This document shows, one piece after another, positions 1-14,302 of a DNA stretch of 64,000 nt; position 1 is the stretch's first letter, and each line of letters begins with the position of its first letter. Made by a program: the position numbers and the translations under genes. The stretch is from Octopus sinensis (lineage: Eukaryota). The notes beneath the pieces were generated by a model, which saw only the letters and a list, made by a program, of their open reading frames with translations, did not search any database and was not told the DNA's origin. The DNA is taken from positions 62,186,001 to 62,250,000 of the forward strand of contig NC_043004.1 in assembly GCF_006345805.1 (NCBI RefSeq), in the 5' to 3' direction.

Positions 1-24
1 ATATATACATATATAATATATATA

Positions 25-66
<42 letters not shown>

Positions 67-136
67 ACATATATATATATCATATATATATATACATACA
101 TATACATACATATATACATTATATATATATATATAC

Positions 137-185
<49 letters not shown>

Positions 186-247
186 TATATACATATATAT
201 ATATATACATATATATATACATATATTATATATACATATATATATAC

Positions 248-283
<36 letters not shown>
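1..283. repeat. (TA)n / (TATACA)n microsatellite
   Basis: Direct reading of the sequence. Confidence 0.95.
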
Positions 284-284
<1 letters not shown>

Positions 285-368
285 AATAATAAATATTAGG
301 GAATATATCCAAATTTACAGGGAAAAAAAATCAGATTTAGGATTAAATCCAATTTTATAGTAAAATAT

Positions 369-522
369 TATAAAATATTATTTGAGACAAAACCACTATT
401 TTGCAAAACAAACAAGGAAAGACTTAATCAATACATAAAATTTAATAAATAGTCATTAAATTTTATGTATTGATTAAGTCTTTCCTTGTTTGTTTTGCAA
501 AATAGTGGTTTTGTCTCAAATA

Positions 523-532
<10 letters not shown>
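369..532. repeat. Perfect palindrome: 78-bp arms (369-446 / 455-532) with an 8-bp spacer, ending in (TA)n
   Basis: tataaaatattatttgagacaaaacc...aaaatttaat is the exact reverse complement of attaaatttt...ggttttgtctcaaataatattttata. Confidence 0.9.
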
Positions 533-577
<45 letters not shown>

Positions 578-648
578 TACATAATCGGGCTGTTGTTGTC
601 TTTCGAACACAAATATTGATATATATATATAAAACGTGAAAATTACAA

Positions 649-800
649 GGCGGCATGGTGGGGGAATCGGTAGCACCACGTGGAAAGCACTTAGCGCCAT
701 TTTGTCAATTTCCTCGTTCTGAGTTCATTTCCCACCGAGGTTGACTTTCCCTTTATCTTATCGTAGTCGATAAAATAACCATTCGTTGTGCACCGGGTTC
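649..800 (+). mobile_element. Degenerate tRNA-derived SINE (cephalopod OK/OR-like; family not verified)
   Basis: ggcggc...gttctgagttca...ccgaggttgacttt...gtcgataaaataa, collinear with the copies at 32828 and 60891. Confidence 0.6.
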
Positions 801-1169
801 AATAAAGTTTAATTTTTCCCTCCCACCGAGATTGTATTCGCTCGAAATTAAATGTTATCGATCAGGCTATTAGATGTATTATAATAATGAACTTATTTAT
901 CCTTTATTTCAACCAGTGTGCGTCTCCGTTTCAATTACATGAGTCCGTAATCCACTATCATTAATGTGGCAGCATTCCAAGTCTTATGATAAATATTATT
1001 TTCTAGGAGGAGAAAACATACTGAGGTAGCAATCCTGGATATTCAGACGCATTTCAAAATTTCATTGTGTAAACATTTATCTTTATTGAAAATTGTATAA
1101 ATCGTGTGGAGTGTATTTGCTTAACAATAAAACACAATACTCCATGTTATACATATGTATATAAACTGA

Positions 1170-1330
1170 GGATTTACAAAACAAAGGCGAAGACGGGTGT
1201 GTAAACAACAAGCAGATGTATAAGTTTAACGTTTGGGAAGTGAGAATGTATTTTACTTTTCGAACCTACGCTCTTCGACAGAAACAGGGAGAGAAACAGA
1301 GAGACAAACAGAGAGAGAAAATAAAAATTA
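1170..1330 (-). mobile_element. Probable Penelope-like terminal remnant with a degenerate hammerhead-like core
   Basis: The minus strand at 1254-1282 reads CTGTCGA-A-GAGC-gtag-GTTC-GAAA, the same layout as the motif at 54961-55008. Confidence 0.4.
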
Positions 1331-1599
1331 AATGTTTATTGGCTAGCGATCTATCATGGCGAATGCCGGAGGTGTCACATAGGAGAACTAGGAGGAGATA
1401 AGAAAGCAGTGGTGATCCCTAAATGAAGATGTCCGTGCATGTGTATGTGAGAGCGTTGCACCCATATGAGTGTACTTATATTTTTTCGTACGGTGTTCTT
1501 TCTTTCATGTACACCCACAAATAAAACAAACTTGAAAACAGATAGACTATCTACATCCATATATACTCTTCCGCAGATATGTTCTTTACTAACCTATTA

Positions 1600-2540
1600 A
1601 TAAACACTAAAAAATTCTTTTGTCTTATAAGATTTTTTATATTACATTATATATGAATTATTTTGTATACTCAGTATACTTATGTGCATCCACTACTCCA
1701 TAAACAATTTTTTCTAATATTGGCAATGCACAATAACCTTCTATTACTTAAACACTTATTGGTTACATAACGTTACTATATTCTTCCTTCTCACTTTATG
1801 CCAAGCTAGATTCTTAACTCACGTTTTTATTTATACATAACCATATTCAGTCCACTAAATATCGATAATTATTATTTAAAATTTTACTATCGTTTTCCTG
1901 GCTATATTAACTCCCTATATTGTAAATTTAAGTTTTATTACAGCTGTTAATCCTCTGAACGTTCTTTCAATATCTATAAACGCGGGAAGTATTTACTATC
2001 TTAATTATTTAATATTAACACTAATTTCCTTGTTTCATTACCTTATATTTGATACATACAAACAAATATTAGATCTCTCACACTAAATCAACTCCATTAT
2101 ATGTAGCTTGTCAAGCATTTCTACCCATAACTATTATCCTCGCAGCATTCTAGCAGCCTCCTCTATACTACATTCACTAGATTAATTTCATTCTCACGCA
2201 TAATTTCTTTTAAATACACACCATGCCTAATATTGCTTATAAATGTCAAGTCATATCCTTATTCAAACATAACTATGCTTTCCCATTGGATATCTCTATA
2301 AACTTCCTCTAATAAATGATTTATTTGGAGTTTGAATTACATATCTGCTTACTCTTCTATAGAGGGGACGTCTCTTAAAACTTTTTTCGCTAATATTTTC
2401 AAATAACCATTAGTTGCCTCTGTTTTAGTTCATACACAACTAGACTCACATTCTTTATTATGATGCTCTCAATTTTCATAGGGATAAATATCTATATCCG
2501 AATATGTTCTCTACTATTTCTTTCATGAAGTCCTCTGTAC
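1600..2540 (-). pseudogene. Highly decayed LINE reverse-transcriptase remnant
   Basis: Minus-strand translation near 2230-2380 gives ...QINHLLEEVYRDIQWESIVMFE*GYDLTFIS..., resembling the RT segment FNLYINDLL...MFADD. Many stops. Confidence 0.35.
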
Positions 2541-2915
2541 TATTAATAGTTTATTTATCCCTCTTGCACCGAAGAGGACAGTGATATGTAATTAAATAAA
2601 TTAATCAAATTAATTTAATTATTCTGCTATGAAATTTTATATTAATATCACCATTTGAAACGATTGTATGCATGTATTAAAACTCTTTCAAATCTTAAAG
2701 TATGTTCACTATTTTAACAAATTTGTTGCGTTCTATGACATACATTTCCATAAAATTCTCATAACATACCATGTATAAGTATTATATTTTCATATTCGCA
2801 AACGTACACTAGTCAGCTACCAGCAATATATGGAGAATCTTTATTAGAAATCGCTTTTTTGGAACCCTCCAAAGTAAAGTATGAAATATAATTCAACCTT
2901 TTTACACACACACAC

Positions 2916-2957
<42 letters not shown>

Positions 2958-5900
2958 CCTTATTAAGAGAGGCATATTACCGTACGTCCGAGATTCTGAG
3001 GGTTTGCAAATGAGTCAGCAGAGATCTTAAGCTTGGGACTTAAATCCAAGAATCTTTTAGTTCCTCGATCATCATTCTATTAGTTTCATTAGCACGAAAA
3101 ATACTGGTCTTGCTGTCGTTCAAGTAGATGATTTGGTTTATTCTAGAGATGCATCACGACTAATAAGAATGATTGCAACAAGTTACGTCCAGAGCAATGG
3201 AGACTCTTCCTTGACTCTCCCAACAGAAGTCTCAATGGTGTTCTGCTGCATAATGTTAATAAATATTTGCTGTCATACTTACACAAAGATTAAATTCAAA
3301 TATCATTAGATTATTTGCGGCGACTTGACAATAATCTGAACGTTTCTGGGATAAGTCACGCTGCACAAAGTTACTTTGCTTCTTGTGTGAATGGGAAAGT
3401 TGATCAAGGAACCTCCTTAGCTTTATAAATGAATTGTCAAGTAAGTCTTTGCTTATATCGGGAACAACGAATGATTGATTGATTTGAAAAATGTACTTTG
3501 GCTGCCGTTCCATATAAGTGATAGCCTCTTGTAGCACTCTGCAAGCGTTTTCCTACGGAATGGAGAGGGTTTGAATTATTTCCATAGCAAGTTTCCTGCT
3601 GTATCAAATACCAGGTTTCAAGGTTTCGAAACTATAAGGAAACTTCTCAAGGATGTGAATTTTGAAAACGAAGCACGGAATAGTTATAAATTGTGAAGAA
3701 TAACATCCTTGAGTAATCACAAGATTCCGAACTACTAAGACATAGTTAAGAGAATACTAAGAAATTCAAGACATTATGATAGAAAATGAATATTAAAATT
3801 GATTTCTTATATGTGCATCTTAATTTTCCGCCGAAAAATCTAGTTATTTTAATGAGGACCGGGGGGGGGGTTTCATCATACCATGAAGGTGATAGAAAGA
3901 AGATATCAGGGAAGACGAAATGTCTGGTTGATGCATCAGTATTGTCAATGTACCGATCACTTGCGCAAGAGTACTGGGTGTAGATTCAAATGAAACTAAA
4001 GTTTCAAGTGCTGGACCCAGAAAACGAACGACCCATTGACAAATTTTTTTTTCTCACATTTCATTGCGTTTGTACCATTGTATTTTGCTAGATGAAATTT
4101 GAAATTCTGTCTTAGTACTTGCATTTAACTTACATATTTGGATTGAACTACAAATTATAGTACGTTTTACCAACAAAATGTGAGAAACCTTAGGAAATGA
4201 GAAGGAGTTGTTTTAATATTTACAATGAGCACCACAACAATATCTAAAGTAAACTACAATAATCAAAAACTATTTTCTCGAAGTTCCGAATACTTAGCTC
4301 AGTGTAATTGTTTAAATGCCAGACCAGAACAGAAATCATCCCACGGATGCCTAGATGGATAGAGGATGCCAAGCTGATTTGGAAGCCAATGAAATACACT
4401 AGGGCACTGACAAGAGATCACGGTATCTTGTGTGTTGTGTGCACTGTGTGTGCTAACTAGAAAGTACTTGGGGTATATGACTCATTTTTAGGATGTGCTT
4501 CATCCTCATATATGTACTTGATCTGCTGTTCTAGACTACAAACCTGGTGAGTTATAGGATATCTGGTGAATTCAGCATTCTCACTCTACCAAACCAAAGA
4601 AACGTGTATAATCGAAGTGTTCCTCTCATTCAATAAGGTGAGAATGCAGAAGGCAGCATATGTCTCCAGTTATAAATTGTGTCTATTGACCAAATCAGTA
4701 ATTTCTATGTACCTTCCTGTATTCATTTTGTCAAGTTAACCATCGATAAACTCTGGGTTTATCAGTTCTTTTGACATGTCATTGTTGAGTTCTACCGTTG
4801 TTTCACAAAGTCTTCTCCGCTAGCTAGAATTCACAGACACATACACACCTCGCCACACACTGTGTTTGTATGTGTGCCATTATTTATATTTCAACGTGTG
4901 TGTATGTCTGTGTATTTGAGTGTTTGTTTTTGTATGTGAGTGTGCGTATGTCTGTGCGTTTAATTTCGACGATTATATTACTTTTCTTTTCGGCGGAATT
5001 ATTCATTTTGCTCTTTTAGTATTCAATTCACTTTCTTTGAACAGTGAAGCAATTCTCATGCCTCACGCAGTGATTCCCTATGCGTCTCCACTCCTTTACA
5101 GCGGAGAGAATATCGCTCGTAAAACCTGATAAACATCGTGTGTGAAATCCCTTTTCCTGTCAATAGGATTATACATTATGATTCATTCACACATTGAAAA
5201 TAATTTTCCCCTGTATTATGTGAATTACGTCTTGGAATTCGTGTTAAGCATTTATAAGCATGTATTCACAAAAGAAAAAAAATCTCTTTATATCAATAAC
5301 GGGGAGAAGTAAAAAAAAACGAGGGATTTTTCCTGATAAATGCTTAACACGTTGTTGATGAAGAAATAAATAAATGTCAGCTGAGAAGGAAGAGAGGGGG
5401 AGCAAAATATAAATATACATGCCCTTATAAATATATGGACATGCACGAAAAAAATGAACTCCCTATAACTTTGTATTAAAATCTGTGCATTCTAACTCTC
5501 TTGATTTATTCGAGGATAGTTAATATAGCAAGTGTTGAAATCACACCGAGGTCATTTTTATCTTTCATTATACTGCAGTCGATAAAATGAAGCACACTCT
5601 AGAACTAGGATCGATGAAATCGATTAATTCCCGCTTCTCAAGACTGCTGATCCTGTACCTTTCTCAGAAATCATTATTAGAAATTTTTAAAATGATGTTT
5701 ACATTCAACTTGTGAGAAACACCCACTTTTAACGCTTCAGTATGACAAAACAATTTAAAATACCCTATCAGTAAATATTCACCAATTATTTTGTACATGC
5801 AATGGAATTAATGATCTTTCTGAGATCTACCGTTGTGAAGAGAAATGAGATTTTAACAAAGCGAGCAACAAAACTGAGTTATTTGAACATTTTCAGACAA

Positions 5901-6959
5901 TAAATGCATATTCCGATTACCCCACTGGATATTGTACACAGGATCACAATTTCAAAACGTTGTACATTAGATTGGGAAATGTGTATTGTTAGCATCAATA
6001 TATGTATTTTTAATACAAATACGTAAAGTTACAACCTGGTATTGGAAGTAATCAAAATGAAAGCAACTATACTGCTGTTTCAAAAATATATGGTGCCATG
6101 GGATTTATGAAAGAAGCATAAAAATAAGAAAGATAAAATGCTGTGGAATGATATATTTTAGCGAAATTATCTTTATACAATACATGTTTGAGAAACGGCA
6201 TTAAAAACTTTAAGAAAATTGATTACGTTCAAAATCCGATAAGGTGGGCTTTGCTTTACATACTAATTACACGTTGAGCAACCTTTACGATGAAGAGAAT
6301 TGCTGACCATTCTTCGTGAAAGGTTATTGCAAATATCTCAAGTTAAAGTTTCAGTATCCATTAACTTAATTCCTACATGAGATATGAATTTTATTTCAGC
6401 TAAAAAGATACAAATATGTTACAAGTAGCTTTTTTTAATCCACTAATCACGGACCGATGCAGATATATGTACAACCGAACGTAAGTTGTACATTGTTTGT
6501 TGTAAGGAGAAACCTGCAAGGAAATTGCAATAGTGTGCTAAGGAAACGTTTAGAAACGGGCAATTAAATATGGATGCATGACATGAAGTTAGATACACTG
6601 CCAAAGCGAATTGAAGCGAATGACATAAAAAATACGAAAAAAGGAATATAAGGTGAAGTAGACGATAAGCGCAAGCCACATCCTGCAAGGCACTTCAAAT
6701 TCATTATCACATCGTCTCACAATGGCATAAGTGCTCAACTGGCACTTATTTCATCGACCGCAAAATTATGAAAGGCAGAAGCGGAATGTGATCTAAGAAC
6801 GTTAAATGCTGACAAATTGTTGCTAAGGATTTAGCTCACTGCGATAATAGTTCTGCCAGGTCACTCACTCTACATTAAGGAATATTGGTTTTACATTTTT
6901 CGCAAACGTCCAACAAGTTCGAGGAAGGAATAAGTTGATTGCTACTTATATTGGCAATG

Positions 6960-7077
6960 CCTAAATGTAGAAGTGCTAGGTATGCCTCGGAGAAATTTGA
7001 ACTCGCATCTATAGGTCAAACGAAATGCTGCTAAGTATTTTACCCGGGGAGGTATCAAATCTGCCAGCTCGCGACCT
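6960..7077 (-). mobile_element. tRNA-derived SINE head fragment
   Basis: Reverse complement reads ggtcgcgagctggcaga...gggtaaaatacttagcagcatttcg...gagttcaaatttctccgagg, similar to 32828 and 60891. Confidence 0.6.
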
Positions 7078-9142
7078 TATCATTAACGAATGCTTATTAA
7101 GGTTTGAAATTCTGACACAAAGCCAGTGAAATGGATGGACGGAATGTTATCGATTTTGTGCTTGACATGTTCGTATTTTATCTACCATCAAAAGATCAGA
7201 AGTGATGTAAATCTCGAGGATGTTTGAGCTCAAAACTTAAAGAGCTCTAAAGAAATCCAGTAGGCATATTATCCAATAGGCTGAAGATTCTGCTAGGTAG
7301 CTGCGTTGAACATTATTAATAATAATTTCTGATAGAGAAACAAGGTGATACTATGAAGAGATGGAGAGGAATGTTTCTAAAAAACAAAATATTCCATTTT
7401 ACCTTATATACACGGCTTATATAAAGGACTACTTTGACAAGATTTGAACTCAGGTAATACTTGTTTGTAAATATTGTGCAATGGTATTGCCATCAGGAAT
7501 CTGACAAAATCAGCGAAAGGATTGGAATGTTGATCTTGGAAGAATTTGAATCAAGAATAGAATTCGAAATAGTTAATCAAGATACAGTCTTTTCAAGATT
7601 TCAAAATCGAAATTATTACGCAAAAGAACATGGCAGATACAGTAAGTGAAAAACATTGCTAAATAGAAGCAGGAAGAACAGTAAATTACGTTCACGTTTA
7701 AAATGGATCAAAACATTTTAATTTTACATCAACATCGGCTGTAATTTGAACTGGGAATATAAACCTACTAAATATGCCTAACGTACGAAACTTCAGACAT
7801 ATTCAAATCTTCCCATACCTTAATCAATAATCGTGATACTAAAGGTGATTTCATGTTGAGTAGTTAACTGCCAATATTGTGTTTATGTCTTGATAAATTT
7901 GAACATCTGTTTCTGTTGTTATTATTACATCTAATTAATTTCAGTATGGTCTTAATTCCTCTCAGCGAAATGCCGTTAATAAGATATGGGAACGACAGTA
8001 CGAAATAATAAATATAACGTGATCAATTTGTTTAAGTTATTGCATATTACAGATACAATATCCTAAAGTACTTAGACACGCATACTGAGGAAAATGTATG
8101 CCATCTACAAATGATGATGCATGTTAGAAACGAGAATAAACGCAAAGGAACCTCGTGTGTACCAAATATATTTGCGAACGTCAGGTATTGTCATTATCAT
8201 AAGAAGGCGGCGATTTTTCAGAATCGTTGTCGTTGTGGACAAAATGATTAGCAGCATTTCTTCCGAATTTACATACAGTGGTGAAATGCCATCGTGGTTG
8301 GCGGCATTTCGACCATTCATGGTTCATAAATTAAGTCAAGCAATTAGGCTAATAGCAGAAAAAGGGTTATTATAAGTATAGTATCATAAACCTAGATAAA
8401 GGGTTATTATAATTATAGTATCATAAACTTAGATAATTGCACTTATATAATTACAAATTGTAATTATTGCTTTTATTCTATAGATCCATTTCGCCCTTGG
8501 TCGTGAAACATAATACATAAATGGATTTTTCACATGAATATACCTTCAGTCATATGAACAGAGTGCCAACGCCAAGACTTTGCATCTTACTTTGTGAAAG
8601 ACTGTAAAATTGAATTAAAAAGACGAGTATCTTCACTTGTCAAATGTTTACATTACTGCCAAAGTGTAGATTTGAAGATGGTATTTTTTGCAACAGACAT
8701 TATGATTACACAAATATATGAAGAGTCGGTTCATTATACAAATTTCCTGCTTGGCATACCTTTTAACATATACAAAGCTGCTGCATAACTACAACAATCA
8801 GAAAATCTATTGCTGCAATGTATGTTCGGTACTTTCATTTGAGTTCAGCGTTCACCTGCATCAATGTTACTTTATAATTTTACCTTGCGGTTTGAGAAAA
8901 AAAAGTTGATAGTAAAAATCGTCAAAGGATTACCAACCTTAAAAAAAATGTGCTTTATATATAATACTACGACATTATTAACGTGACTTCTAAAATAAGC
9001 AAGGAAACCGAAATTTCCTGTGTAGAGGAACTACCGTAATACAGAAGCACTTTCAAATTCATATGCGAATACATGCTTTTATATATACATACACATATAT
9101 TCAGACACATTATATATACATACAAATAAATACACACAAACA

Positions 9143-9184
<42 letters not shown>

Positions 9185-9190
9185 TATATA

Positions 9191-9206
9191 CTCGCATTTT
9201 CATATT

Positions 9207-9246
<40 letters not shown>

Positions 9247-9316
9247 CTCGCATTTTCATATTCATATATATATATATATATATATATTATATTATATATA
9301 CTCGCATTTTCATATA
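9191..9316. repeat. Three copies of ctcgcattttcatat separated by (TA)n, period about 55 bp
   Basis: Motif starts at 9191, 9247 and 9301. Confidence 0.85.
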
Positions 9317-9439
9317 CTATATATATATATATATATATATATAGATATATATATATATATATATATATCTAGATGATTATACATGAACGTTTGACTTCTC
9401 AATGTTCCCACTTTTTTCTTTCTCTATATATCTAGATGA

Positions 9440-9880
9440 GTGTGTAGCAAAGAGTTTAATAAAAATTAACTTTTTTTCTTAAGTCCTGACATCATCTCCT
9501 TGTACAGCCGTACATCGCAACCAGCCTTCCTGCCACTTTTGGAATCCAGCTTGGAAAGTGAGTCAAGAACCTTCTGCGACTCGCCAACGGTGTCAAAACC
9601 GCAACCTTCAGCCACATTTTCAATCCAAGTAAGAGTTTGAAGGGACTGATCCTGGCGAATAGGGCGGGTCGGGGTTGATACTATGTTTCTTTTCGTGAGA
9701 AACTCACGATTAATGAGAGCACAATAATAGGGTACATCGTCTTTGTGTAGAATCCAGTTATTCGTGCTCCACTGATCCGGACACTCTCGTCTAATGTCCT
9801 CCCTCAAACGTTTCAAAATATCCCACTAGGAATACCGATTGACCATCAGGTCCTGGGAGACGATTGACGTTTTTCAATAG
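9440..9880 (-). mobile_element. Mariner transposase C-terminal remnant
   Basis: ORF 9466-9816: KRLREDIRRECPDQWSTNNWILHKDDVPYYCALINREFLTK...GFDTV resembles mariner LKRLR..RRKRP.LW...WILHHDNAPAH. Confidence 0.8.
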
Positions 9881-10055
9881 TTTCCCCATAAGAACATTTA
9901 TGTGCTATAAATAAGAAAATTTGTGAAATTATGTATTTTATGCACACCACTGCCTACCAACTACTGTTTCTGTTTACAAATTAAAATATTGGAGACCCTA
10001 GAAGGTAATTTCTGGCATTTATCCACAGTGATTTAAAAAAAACAACGGAGATATA

Positions 10056-10266
10056 CTTGCATAATAAGTGACTTGATCTGAAGTCGTGCGTTGAAACAAA
10101 AACAATTACTGCGTGGAATATGTTATTTTCACTTCAACATTTAAATTTCGTCTGTCTCAAAATATTTTCTTCGCTTTGAAACCGCGACCAGTTCAGTGAC
10201 AAAACTTCACAAAAGTGATGTAGCACGAAGTTTTGTCAGTGAACAGGTTGCGGTTTCAAAGCAACG
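10056..10266. mobile_element. Foldback/MITE family member with a short right arm (arms 10171-10208 / 10227-10264)
   Basis: tcgctttgaaaccgcgaccagttcagtgacaaaacttc is near-complementary to gaagttttgtcagtgaacaggttgcggtttcaaagc. The left part matches 14819-15000. Confidence 0.75.
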
Positions 10267-11238
10267 GTTGGGGTAAAAACTTACATTAGAATTTATTTAG
10301 TTGTTTTTCTTTCAACGATAGACCACGCGTGTGCTGCTTTGGCATCAGCATTCCATAAAATGTGTTTCATGACTTTAAAATATTGAAGACACATCAATAC
10401 ATGTGAGAGTGAAAAGTGGGGGTGATTTGGGTTATACTAGAAAAAACAGCGAAACCTCCCTTGTATTGTTCACCATTTCTTCTGAATATATTTACAATTT
10501 GCTTCTTTTTTTTACCAAAGGCTCCTCCCATGGTTTTTAATTTAAAAAGGGAAATGGCCCAAATCGGTCCGGATATTTATTATACGGTTTATAGTGTTTC
10601 AAACAGACAAGAATATCACTTGAAATTTTAATATATGAAATTTATAAAGGTATTTTCAAAATTGTTCAATCATTAAATATTTTTACATTGCGTATACATT
10701 AATAGAATAACCTACTGTTTTTCCAATTAGCAAATTAATACTCTGCAATGAATGCAATAAATATTTAAATATGCGTGAAACTAGAGTTAAACAACTTCAA
10801 TAAACTTGAGAAATCGAAATTTCAGGAAATTTCACAAAACATGAATTCATAAAAATACTTCCAGACGGTCAAAGCCTTACATAATTGCGTTCATATATTA
10901 TTTTCGTAATTGTTACATACCTAATTAATTACATACCTAATTAATAAGCAGCTTTCTCCATTATGTTGGGTTGGTACGTAATCGTCGCAGCTTTTGTCAA
11001 CAAATTTTGTTCAGTAAAAACAATAACAATGTTTATCAAAAACATCTTTAAATGACGGTCTGACAGTCCGCCTAGCAAATGGAAAGCAGTAATTGAAGTA
11101 GATTGTGAATATGCTCCAGAAAAACATTTAAAGATGACTTTCTTACATGTTCTTGTTTTGGTTGAATAAATTTTGTCGAAAACAAGCCGCAATAATCATG
11201 CACCAACACAATAGTATATATATATACACACACACATA

Positions 11239-11284
<46 letters not shown>

Positions 11285-11550
11285 TACGCACGTGGGTCCG
11301 CCAGCGCACATGTGAGCATATGACTAGACTATGAAATTTTAATCTTATTTTATATAAGTAGCAGAATTATAACACAGTAATTTCACTTTATATAACGGTA
11401 TCTTTTCATAGCGTTTTTCAGATGGCCAGATAACCGAAGAGATGGTGTTGGGTCTTTCCACTTCGGCATCTGAAACTCAGAGTTTTATCTTGACAATTGA
11501 GTTATTGTAACATATTATTTTATATATATACATATTATACATATTATACA

Positions 11551-11712
11551 GCAGGAGTGGCTGTGTGGTAAGTAGCTTGCTAACCAACCACATGGTTCCG
11601 GGTTCAGTTCCACTGCGTGGCATCTTGGGCGAGTGTCTTCTGCTATAGCCCCGGGCCGACCAATGCCTTGTGAGTGGATTTGGTAGACGGAAACTGAAAG
11701 AAGCCTGTCGTA

Positions 11713-11751
<39 letters not shown>

Positions 11752-11920
11752 TTGACAACCGATGCTGGTGTGTTTACGTCCCCGTCACTTAGCGGTTCGG
11801 CAAAAAGTGATCGATAGAATAAGTACTGGGCTTACAAAGAATAAGTTCCGGGGTCGATTTGCTCGACTAAAGGCGGTGCTCCAGCATGGCCGCAGTCAAA
11901 TGACTGAAACAAGTAAGAGA
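11551..11920 (+). mobile_element. tRNA-derived SINE (OK/OR-like), near full length, with an internal (TA)/(TG) tract
   Basis: A-box-like tggctgtgtggt at about 11558 and B-box-like ggttcagttcc at 11601-11611. The tail is also present reversed at 61285-61378. Confidence 0.8.
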
Positions 11921-12069
11921 GAAAAAATATATATATATACATATATATATATACATATATACATACATATATGTATGTATATGTGAGTGTGTGTGCGTGT
12001 GTGTGTATATATACGTATGTCAGTCTATGCATTAATATGTGAGTACATGTAATATGAATATCTTTTCTG

Positions 12070-12109
<40 letters not shown>

Positions 12110-13410
12110 ATTCACAGTCACTGCTCTATATTACTAGTTTTCTTCTATATTTCCCGTTCCATGTACGTAAATATCAGTTCTTAAACATGCCAGGTTTCTG
12201 CTTAGTTCTACGCTTATCTGCCAGAGATAACAATAGCTCGCTTCTGTTCCCAGTATATATAAATTCAATTGGCATTCTTTGCTTGTTACATGGTCAGCAA
12301 CTGAACGTCGCTTGCATTTATATATATTGCGAACTACTGCCATCCCTAGCGGACGAGGTTTCCAGCACTGTGGAACTGCAAAATAGCCCGTAACTAGTCT
12401 GGTCTACGAGTCCAGTTGGTCGAAGTTGGTGTGGGTTCGCTACCCTGCCCAATTTATATCAGTTTATATCAGGTTGCCTCGTTACTACTAGAAATGTCAT
12501 CTTGGGGTTAAAAAGTCGCAGTAACATCCGTTCGAACGGAACAGCCATGTTGAAGTTGTAACAAACATTATTTGCTAGTATAGTTACTGCGATCATCTTC
12601 TACAGATAATTCATAACTGCAGCTTTGCAACGTTATAAAATCGGCGACCTTTTCCTGTATTTTCATCTAAGGAAGAGAATGAAGTCTGCAGGATTCTGGA
12701 TGTGGTGAATTGGGCGTGTCAGGAAGCGATACTATGTTTTCTTTTGACGAGATTTTCAAAAATATACATGTGTCTATGTGTGATGCGTGTATATATGTGT
12801 GTGCGCGTGTGTATGTATGTAGATATGTCTGAGAGTGTGTGTCTATATATTTACTAATTCCAACTGATAATCACTTTGTTCGACAATAAATGAAAATGAT
12901 ATTACTGTTGGTAGACCTCTTCACAGCTTGTGCTTGCATATAGATCTATATATAATTATATATACACCACACGAACACACACACATCTTCGCAAAAAACA
13001 TACAGACAAATATCTAATTTTATTTATTTGAAAACAGTCATAGAACGAAAACAAGAACTATACTCCTGAACTTCTAGGAGTAGAAAGGCTAAATATTTGA
13101 GTTTTCTGACATGGAACATCGCGAGGGCAAGGACAGCAATGAGGAGTATGTTATTAAGCGGATGAAGAAATTATGCACAATGTGTACAGTTCAGGGTAAA
13201 CAGTGCTGGTGAAGGTTCGCACGCAGGAGGGGCCATCCGAATACGGGAGAGCATGAGCTTGAAAGGTGCAGTGCTCTTCAGAGAGGTATGCGTGTATTGG
13301 TATACATATACATTTGAAACACACACATGCACACACTCACACACACATATATATATATATGCAGAGGTAAATATATATATATATATATATACATTTATCT
13401 ATGTATGCAC

Positions 13411-13453
<43 letters not shown>

Positions 13454-13579
13454 ATATATGTAGATATATGTATGTATACACAGGTATATATATATATGTA
13501 TAACTTAGAGGAAAACCACTATTATGTAATTCAAACATTGAAAATATTCCCTAATATTATTATTATTTTTATTATTAGG

Positions 13580-13633
<54 letters not shown>

Positions 13634-13828
13634 ACACACACAAATATACGTATAAGTATACATGTACACCCATATACATATAAGCAGCTTTGTTTTCATT
13701 GAATGCTTGTATAAATATCCAAAATCTGTTTTTGGATATACTGCACGCATGCAGACGTATATACTCCACACACTCACACAAACACACACACATTCACAAA
13801 CGTGCAGACATATATACGGATATACAAA

Positions 13829-13869
<41 letters not shown>

Positions 13870-14228
13870 AAGAGTGAGAGATAACTAGATATATAGATAG
13901 AGAGATATAGAGAGATGCTTACTCGTTTCTATACGCCAAAAAAGTATTCATTCTTACCTTTCGCATCATTCTTCATTTCCTTGTATTGTATACAATGACA
14001 AAAGCTTGTTTATTTACAGAAAAATCTGAAAGAAAAATATCAGGGTTATAAATGCATTCTTGTTTGTATATCATCTCATGTAAGAATTATTTCATGAAAA
14101 TACATATTAAATAATTTTTGCAAAAGTAATTACAGTTCTATTCACTCAATTTATAATGTTTCCTAAATGTTTTCAGACAGAAGAACATTCTACGATAAGT
14201 ACAATAGGAAAATTTAAGACTGTGCATA

Positions 14229-14302
<74 letters not shown>

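Noticed and set aside
3256-3537. 93-aa minus-strand ORF, possibly a transposon remnant
   Set aside because: I could not assign any motif with confidence.
3623-3742. Inverted ACATCCTTGAG pair with nearby GAAAC/GAAC, like decayed Penelope termini
   Set aside because: Only an 11-bp match, and the hammerhead core is not conserved.
6280-6325. Imperfect hairpin aacctttacga...tcgtgaaaggtt
   Set aside because: Short and isolated, with no catalytic core; plausible by chance.
8105-8375. Overlapping ORFs on both strands in non-repetitive sequence
   Set aside because: Short, with no known motifs; consistent with chance.
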